The notes under the pieces are model-generated. The model did not search any database and was not told where the DNA came from. It saw only the letters and a program-made list of their open reading frames with translations. A DNA stretch of 48,867 nt from Candidatus Enterosoma sp. (GTDB taxonomy: Bacteria; Bacillota_I; Bacilli_A; RFN20; CAG-288). This document shows, piece after piece, positions 45,145-48,867 of the stretch. Numbering within the stretch: position 1 is the first letter of the stretch; each line of letters opens with the position of its first letter. The position numbers and the translations under genes are program-made. The stretch spans positions 1 to 48,867 of the forward strand of contig JBNMLQ010000002.1 of the NCBI GenBank assembly GCA_050874925.1. Direction: 5' to 3'.

Positions 45145-46458
45145 TCAGAGATCAACCTTCGTCTTGCTTCTCTTCAGCTTCTTCCATTTCGGCTTGGTGA
45201 AGACACCAAGGATGATGGCCAGGGCCTGCAAGACCATATAGCTTGGGAAAAGGATCAAAGAGAGAACATAGGTCTTCCTGTTCTTGATGATGAGCTTCTT
45301 TCTTTCCATCAGGGATGAGATCAAAGGCTGCAGGAAGAAAGGCATCAGATAGCAGGCACATACCGCAATGATGACAAAAAGAAGGAAGAATTCAAATCCA
45401 TAGACACCGCATCCATAGGCAACGATGGTATTGCCTAATCCGGTATAGACAAGCGCATAGATGAAGTAAGGAGCAAACCATAATACAGCGATGACGGCAG
45501 CAGGAACCGTCGCAATGTTGAAATACTGATCCAGATAGGTCATCTTCAAAGAGAAAGGAACATCCTTTCTGAAGAGTGTCTTGAAAAACCTGCCAAGGCA
45601 ATGGATGCCGGTTGAGAAGAAGAGCTTCACCAGACCGTTTCCCATCCTGGCATTGCGCTTGTACATATCGGATATGCTCGTAGGCTGATCCTCATAGAGG
45701 ATGGCATCATCGATATATTCAACCTTCTTCGAATCCTTGAGAAGCCGGTTGAGGGTGAACTCGATGTCATCGGAAGCACTCATGGCATCCCAGTCCAAGG
45801 CATATTCTGCCTTGACCATGGAGCAGCAGCCGTTCATGACGACACCAAGATGAAGGGCGCTCCTGCTTCTGCAGGCAAAGAAGTCATCCCTGCAATACCA
45901 TAATCCGGTCATGCAGGAGATGATGTTGTCCGTCAGGTTCTTGCTGTTTTCATAGGTTCTTCCCAGCACGACCCCGTCATCGGCAGCATCGTTGCAGGCA
46001 TTGAGATAATTCTTGTCGACCTGGTTGTCGGCATCGATGAAAAGGAAGTATTCATAAGTCCCTTTCGGTTCCTTCTTAAGTTCATCCATACCAAGCTTCA
46101 TGCAATAGGAAGCCTTCTGATGCTTCGGATCCTTATCGCTCAGGATGATCGTCCTTGCCCCATGTTCGGCTGCAATCCTAGCCGTATCATCATCACAGTT
46201 GTGGCAGAAGACGATGACATGCTTCTTTTCATCCGGATAATCACAGTGCATGGCGGAATCGACGCTCTGGGCGATGACGTCTTCTTCGTTGTGGGCACGG
46301 ATGATGAAGGTGAAGTCATGGTATGTCTTGGCCTTCTTGTATTTCCTTGGCTTCAGAAAGAAGACAAACATAAAAAGGATTTGAAAAAGAAAGACCGACC
46401 CGACAAGGACGATCATGAAGATGTCAATCCACCATAATACGGTATTCAGAATATCCAT
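45145..46458 (-). CDS. membrane-embedded family 2 glycosyltransferase (processive-type topology)
   Basis: N-terminal TM, GT-A domain (FIIRAHNEEDVI.., DADN) and 4-5 C-terminal TMs. Confidence 0.8.
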   Translation of the reverse strand: MDILNTVLWWIDIFMIVLVGSVFLFQILFMFVFFLKPRKYKKAKTYHDFTFIIRAHNEEDVIAQSVDSAMHCDYPDEKKHVIVFCHNCDDDTARIAAEHGARTIILSDKDPKHQKASYCMKLGMDELKKEPKGTYEYFLFIDADNQVDKNYLNACNDAADDGVVLGRTYENSKNLTDNIISCMTGLWYCRDDFFACRSRSALHLGVVMNGCCSMVKAEYALDWDAMSASDDIEFTLNRLLKDSKKVEYIDDAILYEDQPTSISDMYKRNARMGNGLVKLFFSTGIHCLGRFFKTLFRKDVPFSLKMTYLDQYFNIATVPAAVIAVLWFAPYFIYALVYTGLGNTIVAYGCGVYGFEFFLLFVIIAVCACYLMPFFLQPLISSLMERKKLIIKNRKTYVLSLILFPSYMVLQALAIILGVFTKPKWKKLKRSKTKVDL

Positions 46459-46469
46459 AAGTCGGCTCC

Positions 46470-47273
46470 TTAATGCTGGCTGATGTTCTCTAGCCTGTCG
46501 ATGATCACAAGGTCATGTTTCTTTGCAAAACTGACAGCCTCAAACTGAGCCGAGGAATCCGCAATCTGACTCGGTGCATGGGCATCATCACCGAAAATAC
46601 ACTTGGCATGATATTTGCTTACCAAGGAAAAGAAATCATCCGTCGGATAGAAGAAACGCTTGGTCCTTCCGATTCGCTTTGGCCCGTTGCGGATGCCGGC
46701 AAGATTGATTTCCAGAGGGATGTCATATGCGATGCAGGCCTCGATCATCTCCTTGGATATCTTCTTGCAATCCGAATCGAAGTTCTCGATCGACATCATG
46801 AAATAATCCGGATGGGCAAAGATCTTATACATTCCGGATGTGATGGCCTTGATGGCAAGGTCCTTGTATAGATAGAGTTGTGAGGGGGACGTGATCTTGG
46901 AGAACTGACAGATGGACTCATGGTTGTCATTCATGGCCATATGGTTGCCTAGGATCATATAATCCAAGACACCGTTGTCCAGCATCTCCTTGAAGAAAGG
47001 GAAATAGCATGGAAATGATTCAGCTTCGAATCCAAGATAGATGGTGATCTGGTCCTTGTATTTTTCCTTGAGGGCATTGATGGAATTGACATAGTCATCA
47101 AACATGGAGAAGTCACCTCTCCTATATGGTTCGCTGAATCCGGGAAGCATGGCATGATCGGAAAATCCGAGATATCTGAGACCATGTCCCAAGGCTTCCA
47201 GAACATATTCTTCGTCTTCGCCCTTGGCGTGACCGCACCGCTTGGTATGCGTATGGTAATTGGCAATGAACAT
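46470..47273 (-). CDS. PHP-domain phosphatase (HisJ family histidinol-phosphatase-like)
   Basis: NYHTHTKRCGHA N-terminal metal motif and downstream H/D ligands. Confidence 0.85.
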   Translation of the reverse strand: MFIANYHTHTKRCGHAKGEDEEYVLEALGHGLRYLGFSDHAMLPGFSEPYRRGDFSMFDDYVNSINALKEKYKDQITIYLGFEAESFPCYFPFFKEMLDNGVLDYMILGNHMAMNDNHESICQFSKITSPSQLYLYKDLAIKAITSGMYKIFAHPDYFMMSIENFDSDCKKISKEMIEACIAYDIPLEINLAGIRNGPKRIGRTKRFFYPTDDFFSLVSKYHAKCIFGDDAHAPSQIADSSAQFEAVSFAKKHDLVIIDRLENISQH

Positions 47274-47334
47274 GACTCTATTTTATCACCATGGCAATGT
47301 TTTTAAAACGCTTAGCAAAGAAGCAGGCCTTCTT

Positions 47335-47955
47335 TCATCGAATGAAGTTCGTATGGGAACCATATTCAGGCTCCGGTCTTTTGACTCCTTTTTCCTCTCC
47401 GGCCTTCAGACACTTCATGAGGTAGGCCATGTTCATGGCTAGATTGCGCATCGTCTGGAGACCTTCCAGGTCCTGAACTGCCTCTCCCTGCTTTCTTCCA
47501 AAGACATTGTTCCAATAGGAGGAACCGACGACGATCATATTGCTGATGGTGGCATATTTGTTCAGGACATCAAAGGTTGTCGAAGTACCTGCTCTTCTTG
47601 CCACCGTCACACTGGCACATGGCTTGAAGGCAAAAGCTCTTCCTCCGCAATAGAAGACTCGATCAAGAAGAGAGAGAATCCTTCCGCTGGGATGAGCATA
47701 ATAGACCGGTGAACCAAAGACAAATCCATCTGCTTCCTTTGCCTTCTTCAAGAAATCATTGCAGATGTCATCATCAAAGATGCAACCATTTTCCGTACAC
47801 TTTCCACATCCGATGCAGTCCCTTATCGGCTTGACACCTATCTGATAGATTTCTGTTTCAATTCCTTCCTTATGGAAGACTTCTTCCATCTCATGCAATG
47901 CGACATATGTATTTCCGTTCGCATGCGGTGAACCATTCAGCATCAGTACCTTCAT
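47335..47955 (-). CDS. flavodoxin-like FMN reductase / iron-sulfur flavoprotein
   Basis: LNGSPHANGNT FMN-binding loop and CIGCGKC cluster motif. Start trimmed to MKVLML behind GGAGG. Confidence 0.8.
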   Translation of the reverse strand: MKVLMLNGSPHANGNTYVALHEMEEVFHKEGIETEIYQIGVKPIRDCIGCGKCTENGCIFDDDICNDFLKKAKEADGFVFGSPVYYAHPSGRILSLLDRVFYCGGRAFAFKPCASVTVARRAGTSTTFDVLNKYATISNMIVVGSSYWNNVFGRKQGEAVQDLEGLQTMRNLAMNMAYLMKCLKAGEEKGVKRPEPEYGSHTNFIR

Positions 47956-48026
47956 ATTGACCTCCATCACCTTTGTCTTTCAAAAGGTTTCTCTCTCAAT
48001 TATACTTTTACCAAGGAGGAATTCCT

Positions 48027-48867
48027 ATGCCTTTTCATATCTTAAGAGATGACGATGATTCCTTAGAGGTAGACCTGATTCTTGATTTTTCCTTCTCTGA
48101 TAAGCAACATTCGCTCTCATCATCAAAGAAAAAGAACATCCAGACATATTCCATACAAATAGATAAGATCACCGATGACTGGAATAAGATATCATCCAGT
48201 TATAAAGCCGGACTAAGCAAAGTCTTGTCTCAGGGAAAAAGGATTGCTCTTATTCCCTTCACCAAAGAAGAGAAGGATATCAACTTGGCCAAAGAAGCCA
48301 TCATTGACGTATTGGAGAAAGAACCAGGTCTTGATATCACATTGATTGTAAACAAGACAAAGGATTCTCTTCCTACAATGGAAGATATCCATAGCTTCCT
48401 TGACGAAGAGAAACTGTTGATATGCCATCTAAATGAAGATGAAATCCTTCAAAAGAAAGAAAAAAGAATCTTCCGTCCCCGTGTCCTAAGAACCATACAG
48501 ACCTATAGCCTGAAGGATGACAAAGATCAGGAGATTCCAAAAGAAGATGTCACCTTCAGTGACAAGCTTTTTGAATACATCAAAGAAAGAGATATGACTT
48601 CCCATGACTTCTATAAAGCTGTCAACATCGACAGGAAGCTCTTCTCCAAGATGCAAAGCAAAGACTATGCCCCAAGCAAGAAGACAGCTCTTGCCTGCTG
48701 CATAGCCTTAAGACTGAACGAAGAAGAATCAAAGGATTTACTCTCCTATGCAGGATATACCTTCTCAAGAAGTGACAATGCTGACTGCATCATCCTTTAC
48801 TGCATCAAAAAAGGAACCTATGACTGCATGCTGATAGATCAGATTATGGAGATGAACGGGGTTGATC
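48027..48867 (+). CDS. hypothetical protein with C-terminal XRE-like HTH region; 3' end lies outside the window
   Basis: Not in the supplied ORF track because there is no stop in the window. AGGAGG RBS. Frame is open from 48027 to the window end. The segment FSDKLFEYIKERDMTSHDFYKAVNIDRKLFSKM resembles an HTH. Confidence 0.6.
   Translation, partial: MPFHILRDDDDSLEVDLILDFSFSDKQHSLSSSKKKNIQTYSIQIDKITDDWNKISSSYKAGLSKVLSQGKRIALIPFTKEEKDINLAKEAIIDVLEKEPGLDITLIVNKTKDSLPTMEDIHSFLDEEKLLICHLNEDEILQKKEKRIFRPRVLRTIQTYSLKDDKDQEIPKEDVTFSDKLFEYIKERDMTSHDFYKAVNIDRKLFSKMQSKDYAPSKKTALACCIALRLNEEESKDLLSYAGYTFSRSDNADCIILYCIKKGTYDCMLIDQIMEMNGVD

Noticed and set aside
47301-47314. A second copy of TTTTAAAACGCTTA (identical 14-mer to 13874-13887 upstream of malQ) as a second cre/LacI-type operator
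   Set aside because: In this copy the palindrome is poorer: several mismatches to TGWAANCGNTNWCA on either strand. It lies upstream of a PHP phosphatase with no obvious sugar link. It is noted as a coincidence unless a genome-wide motif search says otherwise.
48027-48200. N-terminus of the last partial gene as a degenerate macro domain (ILRDDDDSLEVDLILDF versus the usual I..GDIT...VDAIVNAAN)
   Set aside because: The resemblance rests on a few residues. The nucleotide-binding NAAN and GGG motifs are absent and the gene is truncated by the window edge. This is not supportable by eye.

Overview
48.9-kb chromosomal window from a low-GC Gram-positive bacterium (Bacillota). It shows B. subtilis-like micro-synteny (ylbF-rsmD-coaD; nadK beside a CYTH gene); finer taxonomy cannot be judged by eye. 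I support about 50 protein genes, 3 tRNAs, one FMN riboswitch, and several promoters and terminators. Most of the window is housekeeping or ordinary metabolism: rqcH 3' end, coaD, rsmD, def, RNase J, maf, nadK, an M29 aminopeptidase, an Sfp-type PPTase, riboswitch-controlled ribU, an AEC permease, malQ, udk, psuG-psuK, an aldo/keto reductase, a Cthe_2159-like lipoprotein with an OmpR-type two-component system, hypoxanthine-DNA glycosylase, glycerate kinase, priA, yebC, a fused MacB-like ABC exporter, proline iminopeptidase, a GT2 glycosyltransferase, a PHP phosphatase and a flavoprotein. The stand-out part lies between two convergent tRNA-Ala genes (17172-17247 GGC on +; 32720-32795 CGC on -). 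It holds three paralogous Schlafen-like AlbA_2/HATPase_c_4/winged-HTH genes (COG2865 type) and one AAA_14/DUF4143 ATPase (COG1373 type). These sit in visibly AT-richer DNA. They are bracketed by copies of the tRNA-Ala 3' end and trailer, including a clean 23-nt direct repeat that delimits a 1.8-kb single-gene islet with no integrase. Each gene is preceded by its own array of short tandem or phased repeats: 8 x 21 bp, 4 x 12 bp, and a palindrome bracketing a -35 box. I consider this the best candidate for an uncharacterised system, but its function is inference only. No CRISPR array, rRNA, transposase, integrase or prophage genes were seen.
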